Positions 1-9,133 of a stretch of 64,000 nucleotides of DNA are shown one piece after another. Position 1 is the stretch's first letter. Every line of letters starts with the position of its first letter. The DNA is from Halorussus marinus. Its GTDB lineage: Archaea; Halobacteriota; Halobacteria; Halobacteriales; Haladaptataceae. Location of the stretch: assembly GCF_004765795.1 (NCBI RefSeq), contig NZ_SBIV01000003.1, positions 310,001 to 374,000 on the forward strand. Direction: 5' to 3'. The notes under the pieces were generated by a model. It did not search any database. It saw only the letters and a list, made by a program, of their open reading frames with translations, and was not told where the DNA came from. The translations under genes were made by a program, and so were the position numbers.

Positions 1-631
1 CGCCGGTGACGGAGACGAACCCCTCCCGGGAGACGTTCGCGCCGTCCTCGTCGACGTCGAATTCGCTCGCCCGGTCGCCCTCGGCGTAGACCAGTTCGGT
101 CCCGCCCAGCGCCGCTTCGACGGCGAGACTCGACCCGTTCGGCTCGACCTCAACGCGCCGGGATTCGCGCCACTCCGAGTCTGGCGTCCAGGTCTGGACG
201 ACCAGCGCAACTCGGGTGACGTTCGCGCCCGCGGTCCAGTCGAGCGCGCCGGTGAGGTTCCCCGCGATGCGCTCGACCGCGCCGTCGTCGTTGCGTACCG
301 TCGGCGGGTCCGACGCCGAGAGCGCGAGCGTCGCGTTCGGCGCGACGGGGTCGGGCGCCGTGGTCGTCTCCGGGGTGGTCGTCGTCGCCGTCTCGGGATC
401 GAGCGCGGCCTCGTCGGCATCGCTCGCGTCGGTCGTCGCGGTCGACTCGGTCGCGGTGGTCGTCGCGGTCGGCTGAGTGGTCACGGTCGGGTCGGGCGGC
501 GCCGGCGTGGTGGTCGGGGTCGCGGTCTGCTCGTCGGCGCCGTCGGTGAGCGTCCCGACGAACCCGAACCCGGCGCCAGCGACGACGACCCCGGTGATGA
601 GTAACACGAGCGCCGTCTGCCGGACGCCCAT
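1..631 (-). CDS. Secreted or membrane-anchored protein with Thr-rich linker (runs off the left edge, 3' end missing)
   Basis: Not in the ORF track. ATG at 631 gives MGVRQTALVLLITGVVVAGAGFGFVG (hydrophobic N-terminus), a TPTTT-rich linker and an acidic domain, open to position 2. Confidence 0.75.
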   Translation of the reverse strand, partial: MGVRQTALVLLITGVVVAGAGFGFVGTLTDGADEQTATPTTTPAPPDPTVTTQPTATTTATESTATTDASDADEAALDPETATTTTPETTTAPDPVAPNATLALSASDPPTVRNDDGAVERIAGNLTGALDWTAGANVTRVALVVQTWTPDSEWRESRRVEVEPNGSSLAVEAALGGTELVYAEGDRASEFDVDEDGANVSREGFVSVTG

Positions 632-895
632 CTTCGTCAGGCGAGCGAGGAGTTCACGGAGCACCGCGATCACCCGCGGTTGCGAACGTCACGGCTACTC
701 GTTTCGAACGGCTGGAGGGCGTCTCTACTCGCGTATGAAGGAGTTGCATGCTGAAAATCGTGCTGTGAGACGAGAGAGTCGAGACTGTCGACCGACGGCG
801 AGCGTTCGAACGGCCGGTGTCCGACATGACTCGATAGGTGGTTCGCGGTTAGTTCTCGGTCGCTGCGGCGCAACGGATCGGCGGCGATCGCCGGA

Positions 896-1558
896 TTACT
901 GGCTGTCCTCCTGGTTCAGGTGGAACTTTGCGTCGATGACGACCCGGTCGCTCTGGATTTCATTGCCCGCGTCCTCGGGGATCCGGTACTCCGATTCGAT
1001 AGTCGCGTAGTCGCCAGCGTCGATCTGGACGTTCAGATCTCGCTCGCCGGTCGTCAGCGTCGACGCCTTGACCAGACCGTTCTTGTCGCCGATGAGATAC
1101 GCCGGGTCGGGATTCGCCTCGACGATGCGAGACCGAATCCAGAGGTTCTCGGCGAGCTCGCCGCTCTGGGGGCCGCCGCTGGACTCGCCCTCCGGATCGT
1201 CTTCCTCCGGCGACGCCGCTTCCGGGTCGTTCACGCCGTTCTCCTCGTCGCGGATCGAGACGATCTCGAAGTCCAGCGAGCCGTCAACGGTTCCCTCGTT
1301 CTTTATGATCGCGGTCTCCTGGTCGTCGCTCATTCCCGGGGCGGCCTCCTCGACGTGGATCAGCTGAAACTCCCCGGCGTTGCCGACTTCGAGGTCGAGT
1401 GTGCCCGCGGCGAGGGTGTTGTCACCGCTCGTCTCCGTGTCCTGGAACAGCGCCATCGTGCCCGCACCAGCGGCTGCCGACGCCGCGCCGATCGTCGCGA
1501 GTCCGCCGAGCACCCGTCGACGGGTGCGGCCGGCGGTACCGTCAGTTTCGTCGGACAC
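896..1558 (-). CDS. TasA/camelysin-like protein with SipW-class signal peptide
   Basis: RRRVLGG...GAGTMALFQDTETSGDNTLAAGTLDL N-terminus, IKNEGTVDGSL, AGNEIQSD..LNQ C-terminus; GTG start after a GGTGA SD-like motif. Confidence 0.85.
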   Translation of the reverse strand: MSDETDGTAGRTRRRVLGGLATIGAASAAAGAGTMALFQDTETSGDNTLAAGTLDLEVGNAGEFQLIHVEEAAPGMSDDQETAIIKNEGTVDGSLDFEIVSIRDEENGVNDPEAASPEEDDPEGESSGGPQSGELAENLWIRSRIVEANPDPAYLIGDKNGLVKASTLTTGERDLNVQIDAGDYATIESEYRIPEDAGNEIQSDRVVIDAKFHLNQEDSQ

Positions 1559-1572
1559 TTGCGGTCACCCGG

Positions 1573-2739
1573 TTACTGGGAGTCTTCCTGATTGAGTTCG
1601 GCGTCGATGTTGAAGGACACCGAGTCGCCCTGAACGGCGTTACCGACGTTCTTCGAGAGCTCGTACTCCACGATGACGTACTTCGTGCTACCGGACGGGA
1701 GGCTGACATTCGATTCCGCGTCGACCTTCGGCAGCCGGTTGACCTTGCCGGCGCTCACGAAGGTATCGTTGTTGCTTTTCTTCGAGTCGGAGCTGACGCG
1801 AACCGAAACGTCGAGCATGTCCGCGAGCGTCCGGAGCTGGCCGCGCTGAATCTCGACCATCTTGGTCGCGTGGCCGTCGAAGCTGCTGGTCCCCGCGATC
1901 GGGGGGTTGTTGTAGCCGAAGCCGGGGATGAACGGGATGGCGAGGTTCGAACCGGACGTCGAGGGGGTGTATGCTGCGAGGTTGGCCTGTCCGGTGATCG
2001 CGAACGGATCGGCGAGATCGCCGGCCGGAACCTTGACGACGAAGCGCTTGTTCCCGTTTTCGAGACGGACGTCGTAGCCGGAGGGAACCGACTCGTTCCG
2101 ATTACGCGAGCCGGATGGGAGGGTGCTTGCGTCGTCGTAGCCTCCTTCGAAATTACCGTCGTTGTCGTGGTCTCGAACAGCCAGTTGGAAGTCTTCGATC
2201 CCGTCGTTATCGGAATCGAAGGCGAAGACAGCTGAGTCGCCGCTCGGATCGAGAGCGTACGGGAGATCCGCCGTGATGACAACCGGGTCGGAACTCATGT
2301 CGATCTCGACATTTGCGACGCCTCCGAGTTCCGACTGTAGCGAAACCTGATTTCCGTCGTTGTCACTCCCGTAGTGGATGGTGAAGTTCCGCTTGCTCGT
2401 CCGGCTCTGTTCCGGCTCGGGATTGGCGTCGTTCGGCGTCACATCAGAGACGTTGACGTCGAGCGAGCCGCCGAGGCTACCAGCGTTGTTGACTTTGATC
2501 GCAGTGCGACCGGAGTCGCCGGGCGCAATGTCCGACACCGAAAGGGTGGAACTGTTGTTTCCACCGATCGTCAGGTCCAGCGTCCCCGCCTGAACCGTAT
2601 TATCGTTGCTCTCCTCGCTGTCACTGAACAGTGCCATCGTCCCCGCGCCCGTGGCTGCGGACGCAGCGCCGACAGTGAGAACGCCTCCGAGTACTTTACG
2701 CCGCGACAGGTCGAATCCGCTGTTGTCTTCGTCGGTCAT
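1573..2739 (-). CDS. TasA/camelysin-like protein with SipW-class signal peptide and a large internal insertion
   Basis: SRRKVLGG...GAGTMALFSDSEESNDNTVQAGTLDL, DIAPGDSG, VNNAGSLGG, VGNAVQGD..LNQEDSQ. Confidence 0.85.
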   Translation of the reverse strand: MTDEDNSGFDLSRRKVLGGVLTVGAASAATGAGTMALFSDSEESNDNTVQAGTLDLTIGGNNSSTLSVSDIAPGDSGRTAIKVNNAGSLGGSLDVNVSDVTPNDANPEPEQSRTSKRNFTIHYGSDNDGNQVSLQSELGGVANVEIDMSSDPVVITADLPYALDPSGDSAVFAFDSDNDGIEDFQLAVRDHDNDGNFEGGYDDASTLPSGSRNRNESVPSGYDVRLENGNKRFVVKVPAGDLADPFAITGQANLAAYTPSTSGSNLAIPFIPGFGYNNPPIAGTSSFDGHATKMVEIQRGQLRTLADMLDVSVRVSSDSKKSNNDTFVSAGKVNRLPKVDAESNVSLPSGSTKYVIVEYELSKNVGNAVQGDSVSFNIDAELNQEDSQ

Positions 2740-3000
2740 AGTTGTCTCACGACGGGTGTCCCGTCGTCACTCACAGCTTATACGACAACCATCCCATATA
2801 TTGGCTTGTTGACGGGAGTTCAGGGCGGGCCTGTAACCGTGCAAACAGTGTCAGAAAAACCGTCTTGGTCCGCATACAGGTCGTTCAAAGACTGTTTGAT
2901 ACGGCCGCCGTCTCCCGATTCGGTGCTCGGATCCGTTCCGGATCACGCTCTCGTTGAAACGTAGGATAAGCTTATGTGACGGTACGTTCAAATTATAAAT

Positions 3001-3624
3001 ATGTCAGCGGGTGCGAAATCGACACCGGCCTCCCAGCCGTCGGGGGCCGACTCGGGGGAGCCGTCGCGCGAGGAGATATTCGAGATCGTGAGCAACCAGC
3101 GTCGCCGACACGTCGTCCACTACCTGCACCAGCGGGACCGCCCCGTCGAACTCCGGGAGCTGTCGACCCATCTCTCGGCGTGGGAGAACGAGGAGGCGCC
3201 CGCGGAGGTCACCCACGACGAGCGCCGGCGGGTGTACACCGCGCTCCGCCAGACTCACCTCCCGAAGATGGACGAGGCCAACGTCGTCGAGTACGACGCC
3301 GACCGGAGCGTCATCGAGTCCAGCGACGGGATCGAGGACGTCGAACTCTACCTCGACGTGGTGCCCGACGCCGAGATCCCGCGCAGCGAGTACTACCTCG
3401 GGCTCGGGGCGGTGTGTGCGGCGCTCCTGACGGTCGCGTGGGTCGACATCGTCCCGTTCAACGCGCTCCCGGACATGGCGTGGGCGGGCCTGTGCATCGC
3501 GTCGGTGATCGTCTCGGCCGCGGTCGACACCTACTACGAGCGCAAGCGCCGGCTCGGTAGTGCCGGGTCGCCGCCCGACGTCCCGGAGATCGAGTCGGCC
3601 GACGAGACCGAATCGCGGTCATGA
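3001..3624 (+). CDS. Haloarchaeal winged-HTH (DUF7344-like) protein with two C-terminal TM helices
   Basis: IFEIVSNQRRRHVVHYL, RRRVYTALRQTHLPKMDEANVVEYD, then two hydrophobic segments. Confidence 0.8.
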   Translation: MSAGAKSTPASQPSGADSGEPSREEIFEIVSNQRRRHVVHYLHQRDRPVELRELSTHLSAWENEEAPAEVTHDERRRVYTALRQTHLPKMDEANVVEYDADRSVIESSDGIEDVELYLDVVPDAEIPRSEYYLGLGAVCAALLTVAWVDIVPFNALPDMAWAGLCIASVIVSAAVDTYYERKRRLGSAGSPPDVPEIESADETESRS

Positions 3625-3992
3625 GCCAGCAGTTACCGCCGGATCACCCGCTCTCGCTCGCCGCCGCCCCGACGACCCAGCGGGAGTTCGTCTGGCTGTG
3701 GATCGTCGCGACGACCGGCTACGGCGTCGGCGACGTGGTCACGACGATCGCGCTCGTGAACTACCACCCCGCGGTCACCGAGGGGAACCCGCTGCTCGCG
3801 CGCACGATGGAAGCGCTCGGGCTCGGCGGGCTCGTGGCCGCGAAGCTGGTGGTGTTCGGGCTCTGTTTCGGGCTCAGCTACTACGCGATCCGGGTGTGGC
3901 GCGACCGGGTCATGTACTACTTCGCGCCCCTCGTCTTGCTGGTGTTCGGGGTGTTTTTCACCGTCTACAACGTCCGGCTGATGCTCGGCTGA
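3621..3992 (+). CDS. Small membrane protein (DUF5658-like)
   Basis: GDVVTT...EGNPL motif, 3-4 TM segments, ATGA overlap with the upstream gene. Confidence 0.75.
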   Translation: MSQQLPPDHPLSLAAAPTTQREFVWLWIVATTGYGVGDVVTTIALVNYHPAVTEGNPLLARTMEALGLGGLVAAKLVVFGLCFGLSYYAIRVWRDRVMYYFAPLVLLVFGVFFTVYNVRLMLG

Positions 3993-4089
3993 CGCGTCGA
4001 TCGGCGACCGAGCCGAACGGACGCGAGCCCCGCCGACCGAGGGGCGATCACGTCCGCCGGGGCGTCCGTCCGCTCGGAGCCAAGCGACC

Positions 4090-5127
4090 CTATCCGGTCG
4101 TCGTCTCGGCGCCGACGGTCGTCTCGTCGCCGTCCGCCCCGCGAACGACGACCTCCTCGATGGTGTCTTGGTCCCACATGAAGTGGACGAACGGCTGAGT
4201 CTCGCCGCTCGGGAGCTCGAACGCGGTCGGGACCGGACTCGTCTGAGGACCCTCCGGCGTCCCCTTGATCGGCGGCATGAACAGGTGCGTGTGATGGGGC
4301 CGGCCGAGGTAGCGCTCGTCTTCGGCCAGCGGGAGCTCCTCGTCGAGCGCCAGCGCGTAGCTGTCCGCCTTCCGGACGTTCTCGGATGTCATGAAGTGCA
4401 TGACTCGTCCCTCGTCGACGACCTCGCCGTTGATCCGGAGCGCCCCCAGCCCCCACAGCGCCGCGTAATTGAACATACGTGGCATTAACGGCGTGCCCGT
4501 TCCGGTGATCCCGTGGAGCCACGTTCCGGTCACCACGCCGCCTCCCGTCTCCCACGGCGGGAACGGCGGCTTGATGACGTGGTCGAGCACGGCCTCGTAC
4601 TCGTTTCCGGCCGGGTCCCCAAAGCGGGCGGTCACCGCCGCGGTGTCGCGGGTGTCGCCGGGCCCGCCCGGGGTGTCCCACGGCTGGCGGTCACTGTAGG
4701 TCAGGTCGAGTTCGCCCTCGGTGGGTTCGGCCGAATCGCTGTACCCGGTCAGGACGTCGGCGATCGTGTACGCCGATTCGTCCTCGTTCGTGCGTCGCTG
4801 TTCGAGCGGGAGCCCCACCTGAAACGTCTGTTCCTCCAGGACTGCTTTCACCGGTCCCTCCGCGACATCGACCCAGTGGCGGCCGGTCATCCGGGGGTTG
4901 TCGGGCGTCCCGAAGACGTACTCGCTCAACGCTCGCCGCCCGGGGAGCACCCAGTGGGCGGTGTTGCCCGGCGCCTGCGTGACCCGGACGTCGATGCCCG
5001 GCCACCCCGTCTCCCCGTCGGCGTCCTGTTCGAACCGGATCGGCACGTCGCCGAGGCCGTCGACGCCGAGTGCGCCGACGCCCGCGAGCGCGCCCAGTTG
5101 CAGAAACTCCCGTCTGTCGTGTGTCAT
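4090..5127 (-). CDS. Tat-exported hypothetical protein
   Basis: DRREFLQ twin-arginine motif plus hydrophobic stretch; acidic composition. Start ATG 5127 (alternative GTG 5136). Confidence 0.8.
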   Translation of the reverse strand: MTHDRREFLQLGALAGVGALGVDGLGDVPIRFEQDADGETGWPGIDVRVTQAPGNTAHWVLPGRRALSEYVFGTPDNPRMTGRHWVDVAEGPVKAVLEEQTFQVGLPLEQRRTNEDESAYTIADVLTGYSDSAEPTEGELDLTYSDRQPWDTPGGPGDTRDTAAVTARFGDPAGNEYEAVLDHVIKPPFPPWETGGGVVTGTWLHGITGTGTPLMPRMFNYAALWGLGALRINGEVVDEGRVMHFMTSENVRKADSYALALDEELPLAEDERYLGRPHHTHLFMPPIKGTPEGPQTSPVPTAFELPSGETQPFVHFMWDQDTIEEVVVRGADGDETTVGAETTTG

Positions 5128-5204
5128 TCTCTCCACCGAAGGTATCCACCACTCCGCCCCGAATAAGGGCTTGGCGGTTGTGCGCCCGACCCGCGAAACC
5201 GCCC

Positions 5205-5699
5205 CTAGAACTCGTCCAGCCCGACGTTCTCGCCCTGATACGAGCCGTCGTAGGTGCCGTCGTGGTCGGCTTCGGCGAGCACCAACTGGGCGATGCGCGC
5301 GCCGGTCTCGATCTCGATGTCGCGGTGGACTTCGAGCAGTCCCTCGCCTTTCCCCTCGTAGCCGGCGTCCCAGACCGCGGTGTTCAGCATACAGGAGTTA
5401 CGAAGGAGCGACGACCGCGGGTAGATGTAACCGACGTGACCCTCGGGGATCCGGACGGTCTCGGCGTACTGAACGACGTACCCGCCGGGCGTCAGGTAGT
5501 AGCTCTCGGGGGCGTCGTCTGCGACCTGCTCGGTTTCGAGTCGCTGTCGGGCCCCGATCTCCTTGCCCTCCCGGCCGATCCGGCCGGGTTCGCGCTGCTC
5601 GTACACCGCCGCCAGCGTGAGGTCGACGCCGTTTGGCTGGACCTGTTCGGCCGTCGTCTCCGAGACGTGTTCGGCCACGTAGGAACCGCTCTCGAACAT
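5205..5699 (-). CDS. dcd: dCTP deaminase/dUTPase family protein
   Basis: QPNGVDL, PRSSLLR, AVWDAGYEG and RIAQL motifs. Confidence 0.9.
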   Translation of the reverse strand: MFESGSYVAEHVSETTAEQVQPNGVDLTLAAVYEQREPGRIGREGKEIGARQRLETEQVADDAPESYYLTPGGYVVQYAETVRIPEGHVGYIYPRSSLLRNSCMLNTAVWDAGYEGKGEGLLEVHRDIEIETGARIAQLVLAEADHDGTYDGSYQGENVGLDEF

Positions 5700-5865
5700 A
5701 CGCGAGTGGAATTCTCGGCGGCGTATATCGGTGCCGGAGTCCGATCGGTGTGTCAGAGGCCGACGGTTCGCGTAACAATTACCGGCCGACGTGCGGATTT
5801 ACGACTGTCCGAATGAACAGAAACACGCGGGATTTATACCCGAGGAGAGTCGATATTCGTGCGTT

Positions 5866-7842
5866 ATGGGACAAACGCTAACGGAGAAAATACTCGAAGA
5901 CCACCTCGTCGACGGTGAACTCGAAACCGGCGAGGAGATCGGAATCGAGATCGACCAGGTACTGACACAGGACACCACGGGCACCCTCGTGTGGCTCCAG
6001 TTCGAGGCGCTCGGCCTCGAAGAGGTCCAGACGGAGCTGGCGGCCCAGTACTGTGACCACCAGACCTACCAGTTCGACTTCAAGAACACCGACGACCACC
6101 GGTTCCTCCGGTCGGCGGCCGGAACCTACGGCGCGCACTTCTCGCGACCGGGCAACGGCATCTGTCACAACGTCCACAAGGAGAACTTCGCCGCGCCCGG
6201 CAAGACGATGCTCGGGTCCGACTCCCACACCCCGACGCCCGGCGGCCTCGGCGAGCTCGCGATCGGCTCGGGCGGCCTCGACGTGACCGTCGCGATGGGC
6301 GGGGGCCCCTACTACATCGAGATGCCCGAGGTCGTCAACGTCCGACTCGAAGGCGAGCTCCCCGAGTGGGCGACCGCCAAGGACGTCATCCTCGAGATGC
6401 TCCGGCGCCTCAGCGTGAAGGGCGGCGTCGGCAAGATCTTCGAGTACACGGGCCCGGGCGTCGAGAGCCTCTCGGTCCCCGAGCGGACGACCATCACCAA
6501 CATGGGCACCGAGCTCGGCGCCACCTCGTCGATCTTCCCGACCGACGAGAACACCAAAGACTACCTCGAACGGCTCGGCCGCGGCGAGGACTACGTCGAG
6601 GTTGGCCCCGACGAGGACGCCGAGTACGACGACGAGATCGTTCTCGACCTGAGCGACCTCGAACCGCTCATCGCCAAGCCGTCGATGCCCGACAACGTCG
6701 TGCCGGTCAGCGAGGTCGCGGGCACCGAGGTCGACCAGACCATCATCGGCTCGTGTACCAACGGCGCCTACGAGGACATCCTCCCGGCCGCCAAGATGCT
6801 GGAGGGCCGCGAGATCAACCGGACGACCGAGATGATCGTCGCGCCCGGTAGCAAGCAGGCCTCCGAGATGCTCGCCCGTCAGGGCTGGGTCGCCGAGATG
6901 ATGGCGGCCGGCGTCAACTTCTCCGAGGCCACCTGCGGGGCGTGTATCGGCATCGGTCACGTCCCGGCCAGCGACTCCGTCTCGCTCCGGACGTTCAACC
7001 GCAACTTCGAGGGTCGCTCGGGCATCGAGGACGACAACGTCTACCTCTGTTCGCCGGAGGTCGCCACCGCGGCGGCCATCAAGGGCGAGATCGTCGACCC
7101 GCGGGACCTCGCCGACGAACTCGGCGACCTCGAGGACCCCGGCTTCGAGCTCCCCGACGAGTATCTCGGTAGCAACGTCGACCTCATCAGCCCCGACGAG
7201 GCGCCCGACGACGAGCTCATCAAGGGCCCGAACATCGGCGACGTCCCGCTCAAAGACGAGCTCGACGCCCACCTCGAAGGCGAGGCCCTCCTGAAGATGG
7301 AGGACAACATCACGACCGACCACATCATCCCGGCGACCTCCGACATCCTGAAGTTCCGGTCGAACATCCCGAAGCTCTCGGAGTTCACCCTCTCGCGGGT
7401 CGACGACACGTTCGCCGACCGCGCGCTGGAGGCCGACGGCGGCTTCCTCGTCGCCGGCGAGAACTACGGACAGGGTAGCTCCCGCGAGCACGCGGCGCTG
7501 TGCCCGATGTACCTCGGCGTGGAGGGCGTGCTGGCCCAGAGCTTCGCCCGGATCCACAAGGCGAACCTCTTCAACTTCGGCCTCATCCCGCTCACCATCG
7601 ACGAGGAGACCTACGCGAAGATCGAGCAGGGCGACGACGTCGAGATCGTCGACGACGTGGCCGAGGCGGTCCGCTCCGGTCAGGAGGAGTTCACCGTCCG
7701 CATCAACGACGACTGGGAGGCGACGGCTCACCTCGACGCCTCCGAGCGCGAACGCGAGATTCTCGCCGACGGTGGCAAGCTCTCGCACACGAAAAAGCAG
7801 GCCGAGTCCGGCGGCGACTCGCCCGCGCCCGCGGACGACTGA
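5866..7842 (+). CDS. citB: Aconitate hydratase
   Basis: MGQTLTEKIL, GSDSHT, IGSCTN, CGACIG, NRNFEGR, ITTDHI, NYGQGSSREHA. Confidence 0.97.
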   Translation: MGQTLTEKILEDHLVDGELETGEEIGIEIDQVLTQDTTGTLVWLQFEALGLEEVQTELAAQYCDHQTYQFDFKNTDDHRFLRSAAGTYGAHFSRPGNGICHNVHKENFAAPGKTMLGSDSHTPTPGGLGELAIGSGGLDVTVAMGGGPYYIEMPEVVNVRLEGELPEWATAKDVILEMLRRLSVKGGVGKIFEYTGPGVESLSVPERTTITNMGTELGATSSIFPTDENTKDYLERLGRGEDYVEVGPDEDAEYDDEIVLDLSDLEPLIAKPSMPDNVVPVSEVAGTEVDQTIIGSCTNGAYEDILPAAKMLEGREINRTTEMIVAPGSKQASEMLARQGWVAEMMAAGVNFSEATCGACIGIGHVPASDSVSLRTFNRNFEGRSGIEDDNVYLCSPEVATAAAIKGEIVDPRDLADELGDLEDPGFELPDEYLGSNVDLISPDEAPDDELIKGPNIGDVPLKDELDAHLEGEALLKMEDNITTDHIIPATSDILKFRSNIPKLSEFTLSRVDDTFADRALEADGGFLVAGENYGQGSSREHAALCPMYLGVEGVLAQSFARIHKANLFNFGLIPLTIDEETYAKIEQGDDVEIVDDVAEAVRSGQEEFTVRINDDWEATAHLDASEREREILADGGKLSHTKKQAESGGDSPAPADD

Positions 7843-7860
7843 GCCGATAGCCACACTGCG

Positions 7861-7870
7861 TTTTTTCTTT
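7861..7870 (+). terminator. Oligo-T archaeal terminator after aconitase
   Basis: TTTTTTCTTT 18 nt after the stop codon. Confidence 0.55.
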
Positions 7871-8164
7871 CGTCGCGCTCGGAGCGACTGGTGTCGCGAG
7901 CGCCGCCGCTCGGAGATCACAATTGGAGCGCTTCAGACCCTCGAATAGCGACGCCGGCGAAACGTTTTTATCGCTGGACGGTGAATTATTACACGAAAGA
8001 GAAAAAGAATATAAATCGGTGTCTTTTTCTATCATTTCCGCGTAGCTACTGTTCCCGCGCTCGAACCCGCCGACGCGGACGCTCAGAACCGTGACTCGAA
8101 GCGAGCGCTCGACGACGCGGCCCGACCCCGAACCGACCTGTAAACCGCGACACCGAACCCATAT

Positions 8165-8695
8165 ATGCCAGACCAACCCACACCGGACGCCGCCGACGTA
8201 CCGATAGACTCCGACCCCGACGCGCTCCGCGCCCGCGAGGGCGTCGACGTCCGCGAGGAGACCAGAGTCCACGACGACCGCGACCACTGCGCGGCCGACG
8301 GCGAGGGCCGGGTCGCGGTCGGAGTCACCGACGAGGCGGGGGCCGTCCTCGCGATCGTGCTGGACGACGGCTCGCGCGCGATGCTACCGAACGGGACGGC
8401 CGAGCCCGGCGACGACTGGGCCGCCGCCGGCCGCGAGCGCGTCGAGCACCTGACCGACCTCCGGGTCGAGATCGACGGCCCCGAACGCGTGCGGCGGGTC
8501 GAACACGTCGTCGAGGGGAGCCCAGACCCCCACGCCACGAGCTACGAGGTCGTTTTCGCGGCCTCGCCCGCCGACCCCCCGGACGAGCGCCGAGTCTCGG
8601 ACGGCTGTGACTGGCGCGCCGAGTGGCTCGACGAACTCCCGGACGCCGTCGAGGACGGTCCCGCCGCCGAGGACGTTCGGCTGTTCGCGGACTGA
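8165..8695 (+). CDS. NUDIX-fold-like hypothetical protein
   Basis: LPNGTAEPGDDWAAAGRERVEHLT resembles a degenerate Nudix box; acidic composition. Confidence 0.65.
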   Translation: MPDQPTPDAADVPIDSDPDALRAREGVDVREETRVHDDRDHCAADGEGRVAVGVTDEAGAVLAIVLDDGSRAMLPNGTAEPGDDWAAAGRERVEHLTDLRVEIDGPERVRRVEHVVEGSPDPHATSYEVVFAASPADPPDERRVSDGCDWRAEWLDELPDAVEDGPAAEDVRLFAD

Positions 8696-8744
8696 GTCGG
8701 CCCTTTTTGAAACCTATTTCATCGCTTTGCCCGTTCGCGAGTCC

Positions 8745-9004
8745 GTCTCCGGGGCGACGGTGAACGTTGCTGGCCCGCGAGCGACGAGCGAAGTCGTTCG
8801 AAAGGCATCGCCTTTCGTGATGACGAGAGAGATTCGCTCTCTCGGACCACGAGGAGCGAGCGGGCCAAGCGAGGACCGCCGGAAGAGCGAAGCTCTTCCG
8901 AGCCCACGTTCGCTTCGCTCACGGGGACGATGGGACGAGCGCAGGCTTTTCATCAACGTTTTGCAAGCGAGCGCCGCTCGGGGCGCGAGCACAGCAAAAG
9001 GTTG
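8745..9004. repeat. Composite multi-hairpin intergenic element
   Basis: Perfect stems at 8799-8817, 8824-8844 and 8880-8900, plus CAACGTTTTGC..GCAAAAGGTTG at 8954-9004. Confidence 0.7.
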
Positions 9005-9133
9005 TGGGGGAGAGTTCGGGAGCTTGCACCTCCGGCCGGAGAGTGCGTTCGATTCTACCGTTCGGCCTCACTAAAAAATTACGAGTGTCCACCGGGCATG
9101 ACACTCTTAAGGGTCGGGCGCAAACCACCGGAC

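Noticed and set aside
5878..7920. Long antisense/shadow ORFs (e.g. 680 aa opposite aconitase, 879 aa at 18565-21204, 706 aa at 45645-47765)
   Set aside because: Expected in very GC-rich DNA; Arg/Gly/Val-rich, no motifs, and they overlap well-supported genes.
9050..9060. GTTCGATTC resembling a tRNA T-loop
   Set aside because: Flanks do not form a T-stem and no cloverleaf can be built.
9060..9075. Possible DtxR/Idr-type box (TTTAGTGAGGCCGAAC on the minus strand)
   Set aside because: Several mismatches to a TTTAGG-N4-CCTAAA palindrome; too weak to call.
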